This document shows positions 12,201 through 23,812 of a stretch of DNA of 64,000 bases, in pieces; position 1 is the stretch's first letter, and every line of letters starts with the position of its first letter. The notes under the pieces were generated by a model. It made no database searches. It had not been told where the DNA came from and saw only the letters and a list, made by a program, of their open reading frames with translations. A program made the position numbers and the translations under genes. Source of the DNA: Mytilus trossulus (lineage: Eukaryota); assembly GCF_036588685.1 (NCBI RefSeq), contig NC_086382.1, forward strand, positions 71,238,001 to 71,302,000, given 5' to 3'.

Positions 12201-12771
12201 TAATGAACACATCTCCATGATGATTTTCTGTATGATCAATATAATTCCTTGGTTTAACAAGATCAACACCTTCAATATAATCGGAATTTGATCCTACACG
12301 AGAGTTAAAATCTCCACAAATAAATATTTTCCCTTTGTGTTGATAAGAATATATCTGATGTAATAGATTTCGAAAAAATACGTCCGAGTCCACAGGTCTA
12401 CATGAATCTGCTGGTGGCAAATAACATATTGCAACACAAAAGCATAGTTTTTCTAGTTTAGCTGAGAACTCCAACCATAATACTCCCTCTTCCTCCTCAT
12501 CTAAAACATGTATATCAAACATATCCGCTATATTGTTTTTCACAAAGGCACCTACTCCTGCTGAGCCGCGAGTGGCACGTTTATGCAATGTTTTCCTATT
12601 ATTTCCATAAAATCTAAAACCATGAACGTGTAGGCGTTCATTTCCACGTAAAAATGTTTCACAAATTCCAATAATATCACAGTTAATATAGTTTAAAACT
12701 TTTTCCCGGAAAATTGAATTTTCGTTCGATTTAGTAGACCATCCCCTGCAGTTCCATACCCCAAGCCGCAC
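9286..12771 (-). CDS. LINE ORF2: APE endonuclease, reverse transcriptase and C-terminal Cys/His finger
   Basis: EN motifs WNCRG, CET, GDFNSR, SVVDY, PDH. RT motifs NYRGITL, QNGFR, FVDMKKAFD, GVKQGCILSP, LYADD, YKYLG. C-terminal CxxC...HFLMEC. The frame begins GTG, with no ATG until residue 84. Confidence 0.95.
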   Translation of the reverse strand: MRLGVWNCRGWSTKSNENSIFREKVLNYINCDIIGICETFLRGNERLHVHGFRFYGNNRKTLHKRATRGSAGVGAFVKNNIADMFDIHVLDEEEEGVLWLEFSAKLEKLCFCVAICYLPPADSCRPVDSDVFFRNLLHQIYSYQHKGKIFICGDFNSRVGSNSDYIEGVDLVKPRNYIDHTENHHGDVFINFLSDVNFGMLNGRFNDNQFTCISTTGKSVVDYICVPYEDMENIEDFKIVPMSEIINNISYIPDSIPDHSVLYCDVNLSINLKRNMDMNKSENNASHKHNVSSVPNDFLLNEDIFHKVLEAIQKIENYIEVSSDVQNAYDEFQSLLKCEMDNKLPIYNSSSGNKRKKSRFKPYWNDSLAGQWSKVCETEKKWLRYTGPTSLKQKYKKEYCSERKTFDRLNRKFKRKYQANERHILENKLCETNQRDFWKSIGKLGIANERKPCIPMAIVDENGSVNTNRNDVMNKWKTDFHSLFKRKTGVETELDSANFNIEIDVTTLNASISRTEVLDAVIRAKSRKATGIDDIPAEVLKNDTAIDLLHQIIMGCFNLGKVPIQWKSGIINPIFKHGSDDNRNPLNYRGITLISVPCKIYCNILNYRLSKWLEDNKILCDEQNGFRRGRSCEEHIHSLYSIINDRKISRKSTFTCFVDMKKAFDTVEHSFLWYKLQRAGVRGKFLFAIQSLYDDVNCTLRVNNDLTQWFNVEAGVKQGCILSPTLFSLYINDLADRINALNCGVKVDDFHLSILLYADDIALIAPDENSLQRMLDVVSDWCATWKLSININKTKIVHFRNQSIARSDRIFNCSGNNIDYCESYKYLGVWMDEYLTFKKHVTELSKAASRALGALMTKAAMLGGMTYKVYTKLYTSMVEPVLLYGSGIWGTKAFSAISTIQNRACKFFLSVGKRTSNLASRGDMGWTSCFTKQRINFCRLLCRLLRSDQHRNCTKILKWTSRYRKGWAFQVHKTVDLLNVRDLVYDLSVSTKTVMRTISEKITVLDNTEWNEEVFNDRHNSQNGNKLRTYRQYKQSVKTEQYVRLNISKTERRTMALFRSGSLPLACETGRYSRPPTPIEDRICMLCKTNSIETEKHFLMECSLYDDLRYNLFNECSKLIENFQDFNTNRKFIEIMNCTNIQYYFCKCLHKFYLRRKLFLQ

Positions 12772-12777
12772 TGCATC

Positions 12778-13695
12778 CTATGTGCGCTTGGCTAAGAGTC
12801 GACTTCCTGCAAATTTATAGTCTTTGTCTTTTCCCATTTCTTTCAAAACGGTCCTCATCGCATTTTGGAAGTTCCTCGTTTCCAACGGCATATCATTTTC
12901 TATATACACTTTCTCAAATTGTCTACTGCTTTTAAGTTTCGATTTATTTTTCATGACTTCCTTTTTGTTTTCAATGTTGCTCGTTTCGACTACCACTATA
13001 CCAGGGTAAGCCCCCCTACTTTCTTTTCTCTGTACACTTTTTATATCAACATTGGCTAAACCCAGTCCATCTCGCAACATACCTTTAACTTTATGTTTTG
13101 TCAATTCATCTTCGGTTAGCTCTCGCTCGTCAAACGACAAATTCTTGATTATGAATCGGTTTCTGGTATTACTTTGGCGTGAACTGTTAGTGTCTTTATC
13201 TGATACCTTTTTTTCTAGACTGTTTATTTGACTTTTCATAACATCAAGTTCATTCTTTACCTCAGTTTTTACTTCATCTATCTTTTCCTTCAACTTGTTG
13301 TCTATCATTGTTGAAATTCTTTCGGACACTTTTACTGATATTTTTTCCTCCATGTTAGTTTCGAGGTCATCAATTCTTTTTTCTAAGCTTTTACTCATAG
13401 ATGTAAAATTAGCCGACAATTGAAGAATTAAAGATTCAAGTCTATTGTGGGAATTTTCGCTATCAATCGCCGAGGGTGCACTCGAGTAGTTCAAATCACA
13501 TCTACTTTTCTTGTTTATATTGTCTGATTCGATGTAATGTTCAGCCATCTGATCTGATTGCCGTTTTCTTTCGCTAGGTGAAGCAATGTTATAATTAAAA
13601 GTACTTACAGGCACATGTCCATTACTCGTCATCAAGTTGTTGAAATACTGACCGGCGCCATTTGTACACAAACGATAATTAGAAAATTCATCCAT
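12778..13695 (-). CDS. LINE ORF1: coiled coil plus RRM/CTD (L1-ORF1-like) nucleic-acid chaperone
   Basis: First ATG at 13695 (MDEFSNY). Long heptad region, then NRFIIKNL...PGIVVVE...KVYIENDMP. Confidence 0.88.
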   Translation of the reverse strand: MDEFSNYRLCTNGAGQYFNNLMTSNGHVPVSTFNYNIASPSERKRQSDQMAEHYIESDNINKKSRCDLNYSSAPSAIDSENSHNRLESLILQLSANFTSMSKSLEKRIDDLETNMEEKISVKVSERISTMIDNKLKEKIDEVKTEVKNELDVMKSQINSLEKKVSDKDTNSSRQSNTRNRFIIKNLSFDERELTEDELTKHKVKGMLRDGLGLANVDIKSVQRKESRGAYPGIVVVETSNIENKKEVMKNKSKLKSSRQFEKVYIENDMPLETRNFQNAMRTVLKEMGKDKDYKFAGSRLLAKRT

Positions 13696-15058
13696 CGTGT
13701 AATATATCCAGTTATTTTGCAAATTAAAATTCCCAGTGGATTGTATTTCCACTAAGCACTGTATAAAGTTACTTGTTAACTAAAAGTTTAGTCTATAAAA
13801 TCAGTAAATACACTAAAAATCACTTTTAAGATCACAGAGAAAATACGACTGTCCACTATCACTAGTCACGTGATCGTATAATAAATTCTAATTTATGAAA
13901 TTAATTTAAGCAATAATATTATATAGGCAACCGTACGAACTTCAATAATGAGAACTGAACCCCATATTGTATAGTCGGCTATACAAGGCACCGACTTTAA
14001 ATATGAAAATAATTCAATTAAGAACGGTATAAAGTTGTTTGATATGATGTAAACCGATTGCATATGTAAGACCATACATTCAAGTATTATAACATACAAT
14101 ACTTCCCAATCTAATGAAAATATAAATCTCTGATTTCGTTATACTTCATATGAGTATAACGAGATCAGAGATTTGCAACTTCTTTTTTTTAAAATTAGAC
14201 CGAACACTTCCAAGGTTAGACCATTTTGGATTTCACTGACACTACTTGAATCATTTAAAGAATTCAGGGAATTTTTAATTTGTGAATAAGCATATTGTCG
14301 GTTGATCGGGTTGATCAGTCATGTACGAGTGTCTGCATGATGGGGAATGTTCATTTCTGTATTTAATCTTTTAGGCCATTCATCTAAATAACAATTTATA
14401 AAAGTAAACTATTATAGGTCAATGTACGCCCTTCAACACGGAGCCTTGGCTCATACCGTTAGTCCATAATGTTCTCAATTGTTTATATAATTTAAAAACA
14501 TCATAACTCTCTATTCCTTAGGTAAACGGGAAGAAAAATCACTGGAAAAAAGGTCACAAAATCCCTAGGAAAAAAAATCGCAAGAACAAAGTTTTGTTGA
14601 ATAATTTTAATCAACATATATTGTGATTTGTTTTCTTGTGACTTTCTTCAAAGGGATTTTGTGACTTTGAAAAAACAACATGTCTGTCATTTTACCACTA
14701 TATTAATCCCCGTACACATGTCGTAACACCCATATTTTATGGAAAGATAAAATAAAAATCTGTAGGCAGGTGGCAGTGCGGAGAATTGTTTCGTTTAAAA
14801 ATAAGTTTTCGGTATGATTCCATGCATTCGCAAGAAAAATACATCAGTGAAATAAACTTTCAAAGGTAAAATAAAAAAACGGGAACTGTATATTTTTTTT
14901 AATAAGTTTCAAAATGATTATTGACAAAATAATATAAAGATTACCGTAATCTTACATAAAAAGAGGGTGTTTAAAAAAACACCAAGATATACTGTAAAAT
15001 GACAGAAGAAAGACACTTTTTAAAAAACCATTTCTAAAATCAATGGACAAAAAATTCG

Positions 15059-15741
15059 AGGGGCACTAGCTGTCAAATTCATGGTCACCAATTTGACTCA
15101 AATTCTCATATATGATTAATAACAATGTAAAACATTTATCCAATCAATCAAACGTTTAGAATAAACAGTTTACAGAGTATGGGGTAGATGATATGTAGGT
15201 TCGTTTCGTGTGTATTTAAATCCAGATGCCATCTAATTAACTATCGATTTGACCTCAGATGACCATATAAGCGATGTAAACACAAATAAAGATATGAATA
15301 GGTTAAACCAGCACGTGCAATTGGATTTTTATAGGTCTGTTTGATTTGAATTTATAGATTACAAATATAAGTTTCTCATTGTTTTTAACAGTATAAGAAT
15401 GATTTATGTGGATCGAATTAGTAATCAAATGATTAACCGTAGTTTCACTTTCATTGTTGACATTTTTTTCTTTAAATAACCAGTACACGTACAATGCATG
15501 CGTTGTCAGTCTCTAGCTAGGGGGTTAAATTGAAGTTCACATGAATACCGGTTAGAATGACGATGACGTATTCACTTGCAAGTGAATCAGTCAAAAATTA
15601 TGTATAATCGCATATTTCAACAAAATTAAAGCAAATTGATTGCTAAAAGCAAATTATTATTTCATTGTTCCAATTTAATTAATGATTAATCTAATAAAAA
15701 TCATACGTTATTTTTTTATATATATCGTAGCTAGTGCTCCT
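15059..15741. mobile_element. Non-autonomous DNA transposon, Kolobok-like
   Basis: TIRs AGGGGCACTAGCT / AGCTAGTGCTCCT. The right end is followed by TTAA. Confidence 0.6.
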
Positions 15742-17685
15742 TTAAAAAAAAATGTTTTTGTTTTTTTTAGTAAACTGATGGAGTTTTAAGGTATTTATAA
15801 ATATCTGATATATTTAACATGTTTAAATCATTTACATGTTGACATCCTATATAGAAAGGAAGTTCTTGTCTGTTTATTGACAATAAATGACACGTGTTTT
15901 AATTATTTAATTGACCATTCCCTATCCCTCAGTAGGTGTCTTAGTGATCAGGTTACATAGCATCATTTCCATCATGGATTACTTACAGAGCGCGGTAAAA
16001 CTTATTCCAGCGTGGCTGACTCTTGATTTTGTCATCACTGTTTACAAAGTTTGTGCGTTTGTTACTGCTTATTGTATGGTACAGAATAGCGTAAGTACTA
16101 CGTTATTCATTGTTATCCCCTTACATTATTCTAAATTACCTGGGAATAGTATAATTATTTAATATGTCCCAGATTTTACCATTTTATTTATTTATGTTTG
16201 GCATGCACACACGGCCAAGAATTTAAGAATTTACACAATATCATACGTTATCTGTATGTAAAGTCTTGGTAGAAGTTTTTGTATTCTACTATAGTAATTA
16301 CAAAAAAAGAAATTAATCAAGACAAATCATTTAAAAAAATAGTACTAGAACACGTGCAGAGCTATTTTGGAAATTCAGGGCTCAAAACCCTTCATTTTAA
16401 TCGTTAAGAGATATGTTTTCTCTCACAAAATTGAGTATGTTAATCCTTGTCCTTAGGTATTAAAAAAATAGAATATGTAAGAATAATAGACTTTCGCGCT
16501 ACAGAAAAATTCCTTTTGTTTTAATGATTTTGAAGGCCAGGGAACATAAACATTTTATTCTAAAATTGGTTTCATTTCGTTTAAACAAATCTCGATATAT
16601 ACAACTAATTGTAATTTGTAATCATATTATTTGTCACTGTTTGTCCTATCACATGTGCCACTTTCGAGAAATGTCCTGCGACTTTCTGTCTGCTAACCCA
16701 TGTTAGGGAAGAGTTTGGTACCCACTCCTGTAATTCAGACTTTGTCGTTCATTTGTGGTTTGTTGTTATATATCATATTTGTATTTCGTTCATTGTTTGG
16801 TTTTTTAACATAATTCAGGCCGTTATGTTTTGGTTTTAATAGTTTTACCGTGATTTTGTCCGGCATTTCGGAGCTGATAACGCGGTATGGGTTTTGTTCA
16901 TATTTGAAGGCCTTACGGTACAATTATTAACTTTAGTTTCGTCTCTGCTAGAGAGTCCCAATGGTAATTATACCACATCATATTATTTATTCATTGTGAG
17001 GTTAAATGTTCCTTTTGGTATGCTTTGCTGCTATCTAATATTACTTTCAAACAACTTTTAACCAATTGCATCAACGTCGTTTTTTCATATCAAAAGCTCA
17101 ACGAGTATCGTATAAAAAAAAATTTTTTTCTCTTTGTGTTTCTCTCCTCGAAAAAGTCACATTATGTTGATTAACCGGCTTTAATTGAATCGAATCATTC
17201 GTTTAGAGCTGAAATCGTTTGAAATATTGAAATAGAAAAAAGGAGATATATGGTAACTGGACTGAATGAAATACTTGTGGGGTGTTTATGCAAGATAGAA
17301 TTGAAGACGAATACCACTTCGTGTGGCATTGTCATAACTTAAACAAAGGCATGCAAAATTGTATGATAGTGGAAACATTATTTTCCACATGTTTCATAAA
17401 GCAATGTACTTTTTTCGCTTAGAATTAGCCCGGTACATCAGAGGGCCGTATCAAGTGGGTGATAAACATGTCGGTTTCTTTATAATTTTATCATTTTTCT
17501 CTGATCGAACTGATATCCTGGGGATGCTAATTTTGTATCAAGCAGAGTGTTCACTCTCCTTCTCATATAACCTCCTTGTGTAAACTAAACTTTCTATGAT
17601 GTCTTGTATAACAGCTACGGTGTTTGGATTGTAAGTGTTAATTTTGTGATGTTAGTGTTGCGTTGCAAAAACAATTCGGTTGTAC

Positions 17686-17722
17686 CATGGAAGTATTATA
17701 TTGACAATATAATACTTCCATG
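17686..17722. mobile_element. 37-bp TIR-only palindrome with 7-bp target-site duplication (P-superfamily-like footprint)
   Basis: CATGGAAGTATTATATTG-A-CAATATAATACTTCCATG, flanked by GTTGTAC on both sides (17679-17685, 17723-17729). Confidence 0.7.
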
Positions 17723-18077
17723 GTTGTACTAATTAATTAAATTTCAAGACAGTATTGTGTATAGAATTATTCATAATTGATACTGAGAGAATCTTAATGA
17801 CCCAGAGAGACCCCTGTTGTTAACCATTTGTGCCACAAATGGCTTTAATTCAAAGGCTGAACAGGTGGAGTGGGTTATAGGCTTTACGAGTGAGACAATA
17901 GCCTATCTAAATACTAATACTGATTTTTTTTTAAATTGAATATGCTGAATTTGCTTAGTAATCTGATTAGAAATCTTATTTTTAAAAAATGTGAACGCAA
18001 ATAAAAACACTTGTAAGAATATACCATAAGTTAAATTCTTGTAATAGCACAAAACTGCTTCAATATAAAAATCTGAA

Positions 18078-18297
18078 CAGTGGCGGATCCAGAAATTTTC
18101 GTAAGTGGGGGCCCACTGACTGACCTAAGAGGGGGCCCGCTCCACTCACGCTTCAGTGATTCCCTATATAAGCAACCAATTTTTTTCCAAAAAAGGGGGC
18201 GGGCTCCCTGGCCCCATCTATATCCAGGCGCGGATCCAGAGGGGGGGGTCCGGGGGTTGGAACCCCCTTTTTTGGACGATCAATGCATTTGAATGGG
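18078..18297. mobile_element. Two adjacent GC-rich MITE copies
   Basis: cagtggcggatccag at 18078 and caggcgcggatccag at 18224. Same end type as the copies at 7962 and 24650. Confidence 0.65.
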
Positions 18298-18930
18298 TCT
18301 TGAATTCCTCATCAATGTCCAATAAGCTAGGCGGTAGTTCATTCCAGTTTGTGATGGTTCTTACGAAGAAGCTATGTTTTCTTTGTTCGGAACTTGGTCC
18401 TAATCTGACAAATCGTCGTTGATGGAACTGAAGCGTCATTCTTGCTGGTATCATCAAGTATTCTAAAATCAGAATAGCAATAAGTTGGTGGATTACTTTG
18501 TGAAACAGGAGTAAACGTAATGTTTTTCGTCCCTCCTGTAACAATTGTGGTAGTTTATGTCCTCTAATAAAAATGTTACTATGCCCGGGTCTCGAGAATA
18601 CTCATGCCTGATAAATCTGGCTGCTCTCCTTTGGACCATTTCTATAGCTGTTGTATGTGTTTTTGGAGATGCGGGTCCCAGACACTGCTAGCATATTCTA
18701 GTGTTGGTCGTACAAGGGTTATGTATGTCTGACGCTTTATATTCATTGGGCATTTACTAAGATTCCGTCGTATGAAGCCTAAAGTTTTATTTGCCTTTGT
18801 AGTGATATTTCCGATGTGGTAATTCCATGATAAAGTGCTAGATAGCTCCACTCCTAGGTACGGATTGTGGTTGACTGCTCCAAGGATGTGTCCCTCCATT
18901 TCATATGGTGAATATGAGTTAGTAATTGTA
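18296..18930 (-). pseudogene. Degenerate CR1/L2-group LINE fragment (C-terminal ORF2)
   Basis: PYLGVELSSTLSWNYHI...KANKTLGFIRRNL...YITLVRPTLEYASSVWDPH and SFFVRTITNWNELP, broken by stops and frameshifts. Confidence 0.85.
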
Positions 18931-21377
18931 TTGTTACTGTATGTAAAAAATGTTTGTATCTGTATCTATGCAAATCAATATTCTCAGGGGGTTCATGCTT
19001 ATATATTGGTGAGTTTTGGATGTGTCTATGGGCCACTCGATATCTCTCGGCCGGAAGTCAGAATAATTTTCTCGGAACGTCTCGAAAGTTTTCGGTTATT
19101 TATACAGGTCTTAACAGGTCGTTATCAAGTCTTTGATGTGGTCCCTTGATGGCCCTTGACGATGCAATTATATGTTTTAAAACGACCACTGCACACTGTC
19201 TATATCTAGGTCAATTATAACGTGGTAGTGTCTGTTGTCTCGATAACATGTAAACTAATTATGTTTGAAGATTGAACCACGGGATACTGTGTACTTCATC
19301 ATAGACTTACGAGAGTGAACATTCTGGTTAAAATATTAATATTAGATCGGGAAACGTAAAGATTAAATTCTTATCAAATTTATTTTATTCAATCCGAATC
19401 AAAGAAATATATATAAAATATATACTGTATTTATGTTTCTGAAGAAACTAACAATGATTGAAATCAGAATGTTTTCAGAGTTGCAAATAAGAAATAAGCA
19501 TTGTATATGACAAGACACTCTGCTTTGGCATTTTTAGATATTCATTTGTATGTAGGAAACATAAAAATTAAATCTTTATAAATTCTTGCATCATACAAAA
19601 AAATGTTTATAAACAATAATCCTTATATTTCTACGTTATTTATTTCATATCGTTTTGTTATTTGGGTTTTATGAGTAATTATTATTTTTTTTGTTTGTAT
19701 TATTATATATCCATAAAACGGAAAGTAAGATAAATTTATTAAATATTCAAATTTTAAAGGGTCGTGAATAAAATTACTTGTGTGTTTTCAATTCATAAAG
19801 CATGATTTTAAATCCTTGCAGCTCACATCAACCGTAAAAATAATTTACAATTTTCACAACAAAATTTAATTACGACCATAATGTTGATTATTTTATACTG
19901 TTTTAGTATGGATTTAGAAGCCTTTGCTTATATTTTGCATAGTACTAAATTCACATAGTGGAATGTTTGAATTTGAAAATAAATTCATTCGATAAATAAA
20001 ATGTCTATCCGTAAATACTTGACGTTCGTGTTTATTGATATTATATATATTCAACAGATTTGAACAAAATACTAACATGAACGTTAGTTTATTATGAAAT
20101 TTCAATTCAAATTTTGTTTGTTTGTTTTAATAGTTTAACCTTATAGTATCTACATACTTGTACTATGGTACGGTTTTGAAAATTGTATTCATTGTGTTGA
20201 CCAACTATCCTACACGTCTTGATTCATTCACATTTTAGATCACATTTCAAAAGCACACGATCGGTTTGCGTTCTCAAACTTCTGGATAAAATGTAAATGA
20301 ATAAGGAGTCAAAACATTTAATGTAGACCGTTTGACATTCGAATTCAACTATTAGATTTTCCTGAGTATCAGTGAGATGCTTTCTATTTACTATTTCGTG
20401 CGCTAAAATACTACGTGCATGCAATACTTTTAAATTCACTAGTGAATGCTTATGTTCGTTTTTGTCATCTAAATACAGGACACGACAGAAAGAGATTTAC
20501 ATGTGACTTTCAAGCACGGACATCATTACTAAGGTATTCTGACCTCGAGTTGTTTCTATTTTATTTCTTTTTTGAGTCACTGTTCTATTATAAACTTTAA
20601 CCTGTTCGAAACGCTAAGGATTGTCTACCCAAAGAATAGATTCCTTAAATTTGTAATGTTCATGTATTTAGCCTTTTAACTTTTTTCATTCGAGCGTCAT
20701 TGATGCTTTTCTTGTATACTTAACTCGTGTCTGGCGAACATCATTTTAATTCTGGTATCTTTTTATATCTACATACCTTTTTATATAAATTGGATATTTC
20801 GAAAGTGTGTAAAGGTATTCATAAACTTCTGAATTAAGAAATTCTTCGGCAAAACTAAGTTTTCCTGTATAATGTTTGTTTTGATTTAAGTAAAATCAGG
20901 AAATCCTTAACATTTGAGATGTTTTATAAGAGGTCCCAATCAATTGCATGCAACAGGTTTCACCGCATACAACATCCACCATGAGAACAAAGTATAAAGA
21001 TATGATAGATAAAATAAATGCATCCAGAATTCTAGATTATAAAGCAAACTGAGTGCATAAATTTATATTTCGATAGGTTTGTGCAATTTGCATAAATCAT
21101 CCGGTTAGTATAGAAATTAGGATTTGCCAAAGAGTTATAATCGGAAACATTATATACATTCTCATGTAATAAATAAAATAGTCGAGCTTTAAAATAACTA
21201 TTCAAATAGAAGCTGTAAATATATACTTTCAACTGGCTTCTTCTATTCACAGTCAATTTTTTCAATTCAAAAGCAAACACAAATTCAGCAACAATCTTTT
21301 GGTGACCCGGCCAGTCAGCGGTCTTAGGTTCATGTATTGCTTTTCTTTTTTTAAAGAAAGCAACTTGTTTCTTATTC

Positions 21378-21467
21378 ATGTATGCTCTGTATGCCCCTTG
21401 TTGGGCCCTTAATTGGAAATAAAATATGTTATGTTCTGTTCTGTTCTGTTCTGTTCTGTTCTGTTCT
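21378..21467 (+). repeat. Retroposon-like 3' tail with (GTTCT)n microsatellite
   Basis: Small GC hairpin (gcccc...gggc), AATAAA, then about seven GTTCT units. Confidence 0.55.
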
Positions 21468-22095
21468 ATGGATAGACTATTGGTTGTCGTCCTGTTGTTA
21501 TACGTAATACAAAACATTTCGTTGGATTAAATATCATTTGTCATTTATTAGTCCAGTTAACCACAGTGGTCAGGTCCTACTGGACCAATTAAGAGAGGGA
21601 AAAGAAACTGGCTAATAAATACAAAACGTAAAGCACATACATGTGCATTTCTAACAGTATCCTATTGACGAAGTATTATATTAGTCCAGGACGCCAGGCT
21701 AAGTGAAATGTTATAAACATAATTCATGATCTTGTATCAATGTACAAAATGTATCTAAAAATCATGATAAAATTGTTAAAGCTTATATTGCCACCATCAA
21801 TAATTAGAAAGTTTTATATTCATGAAATACATGAAATGGTTCTTAGATCTTCTTGTCATCAAGGATTTGTAAAGTGGCTATACAAATCTTTGCTATCATC
21901 ATTGTATATATTTATCTGCTATCATGTATTAGTGAAATAAATAGAGTGAAATGGCTACTAATTATTTAAGTTCTTTTTTATAGCTTCATGTTTTTAATTT
22001 CACTAAATTTTCTGTATTTTTCATGAACCAAGCTAGGGTCGAACATGTGTATTGGTCCGAATTATATTATTCACCTTTGAGACTTTCCATTTCAG

Positions 22096-22245
22096 AAGAT
22101 CAAACGTGACTTCCGGTTGCAGAAGAAGCCCAAGCGAGAACTTACTGCAGATGAAGAACAGCGAATGATTGAGAAGTTTGAAAGAGGAGATGCTGAAGGA
22201 GTACAGTTTGTCACAGAAGCATTTTATGACCATTTAGAAGCAAAG
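22096..22245 (+). CDS. Upstream coding exon of the MYND-finger gene (start codon unresolved)
   Basis: tttcag acceptor, 150-nt open frame KIKRDFRLQKKPKRELTADEEQRMIEKFERGDAEGVQFVTEAFYDHLEAK, AAG/gtgatt donor. Phase 0 matches the 25282 acceptor. Confidence 0.65.
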
Positions 22246-22593
22246 GTGATTTCATTATTCACCCTCCTGTCTTGTAAATTGTAAACCCCGGGTTTATCAG
22301 CAATCAATGACAGATCCAGAAATGTTCATAAGAGCCTACACTCGGGCTACAGAGGGGACACTGCATGACTGCCTAAATTGGGAACTACTCAGTCATACTT
22401 CATTGATTCCCAATTATATAATCAACTAGTGGACATTTTCCCCAATGAAGGGGACCAAGGCCTCCTGCTTCTCCAAAATCCACCCCTGTTAACAGGTTAA
22501 TGATTAACCTACACTGCATCTGTCAGTGTCAAGGTAGTCCAAATGATTTTGACGAATTAAAGTTATTTCATACCATTGTAAACTTGTACCAAT

Positions 22594-23812
22594 GAGGGGG
22601 AATAGGACCTTTATCGGGACTCCGGGATCTGGTGTTTTTAAGCTCATGATTTCGGGATTGACCCTTTCTGAATTCGGGAACTCTATTTTTATACGCCTTT
22701 TGACGGGATGTATTATGGTATACACATGTCTGGTGTCCGTCCGGCGTAAACATGTTGCACCGTAACTTGAGAACAACTTATCCAAATTTCATGAAGCTTT
22801 ATATAGTTGTTTTTTAAAATGGTCAAATGATCTGTATACTTTTTGGTGAAAATCAGATTAAAACTTTTTGATTTACGGCACTTTGTAACTAAAACAGGGG
22901 TGTGTTTTTTCACATGTCACACTGTATCTCAAAAACAAATTCTTGATTATGGCTTACATCTTTAAACACTTCTTAACTATATTAATCTTAATATCTGTAT
23001 ACTTTTTGGTGATGATTCAAAATTTCATTTTTGAGTTATTGAGTATTTTGTAAAAAAGGGGGAGGTTTTTTTTTACATGTCGCGCCATATCTCAAAATCG
23101 ATTTATGATTATTGCTACAAACTTTACACATGTCTTTGTTATATTAATCTTAAAATCTGTATACTTTTTGATGATGATTAAAAATTTTATTTTTGAGTGA
23201 TTGATTATTTTGTTAAAAAAAAAGGGGGAGGGTTTTTTTACATGTTGTGCCGTATCTCTATAACAATTTATGATTATTGCTTAAAACTTTACACACTTCT
23301 TTGTTATATCGATCTAAAGATCTATATACTTTTTGGTGATGATTCAAAATTTTATTTTTGAGTTATAGAGTATTTTGTTAAACAGGGGAGTTGTTTTTTT
23401 ACATGTCGCGCCGTATCTCAAAAATAGTTTATGATTATTGCTTAAAACTTTACACACTAATCTTTGTTATATTAATCTAAATATCTGTATACTTTTTGGT
23501 ATTGATTCAAAATTTTATTTAAGTGATATTTATTCTTTTGTAAAAAAACAAACTAGGGTGGGGGGTTTGATATTTAGTTTTTTGATAAAAAAAAACAAAA
23601 CAAGGTGGGGGGTTTCCCGCTGTGTCTCAAAAACTATATATGGTTATTGCTTAAAACTTTCTCAGAAACTATTTATGATTATTGCATATTACTTCCACAT
23701 AAGACGTCGGGCGTATCATGTGCTCATGGCGCAGCTGTTTATTAAATTTTGGGACCTCAGGATTTCGTTTAAGCCTGGGATTTCAGGATCAGGGCCCCTC
23801 CTAACCCCCCTC
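22594..23812. mobile_element. Non-autonomous DNA element with GAGGGGG termini and 6-bp TSD, carrying a nested HINE
   Basis: GAGGGGG...CCCCCTC termini. ACCAAT duplicated at 22588-22593 and 23813-23818. Confidence 0.7.
22687..23740 (+). mobile_element. HINE/Helentron-like element with ~147-bp core repeats
   Basis: subTIRs atacgcc / ggcgtat, GTCC microsatellite remnant, about five tandem cores, 3' hairpin tgtgctcatggcgca, T-rich insertion site. Confidence 0.7.

Larger units (their letters stand above)
8731..13875 (-). mobile_element. Full-length LINE retrotransposon (RTE group, Proto2/RTEX-like)
   Basis: Two intact ORFs, a ~530-bp 3'UTR, AATAAA and a poly(A) tail (poly-T at 8731-8753). Possible GTAT target-site duplication (8727-8730 / 13876-13879). 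It splits a short interspersed repeat whose halves rejoin across it (compare the intact copy at ~40051). Confidence 0.93.

Noticed and set aside
9440-13059. Plus-strand ORFs overlapping the LINE
   Set aside because: Antisense shadows of ORF1/ORF2 with no recognisable motifs.
13696-13752. GTG start for LINE ORF1 given by the ORF track
   Set aside because: Eukaryotic context. An in-frame ATG at 13695 is the more plausible start.
14127-14171. Hairpin as a possible miRNA or terminator
   Set aside because: One arm recurs at ~5600, indicating a MITE remnant, and the hairpin is too short for a pre-miRNA call.
20981-21052. ccaccATG short ORF as a possible first exon of the MYND gene
   Set aside because: No convincing phase-0 donor before its stop, so the start remains unresolved.
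21032-21517. 161-aa minus-strand ORF with EQNRT repeats
   Set aside because: It reads through a (GTTCT)n microsatellite and AT-rich sequence, with no coding signature.
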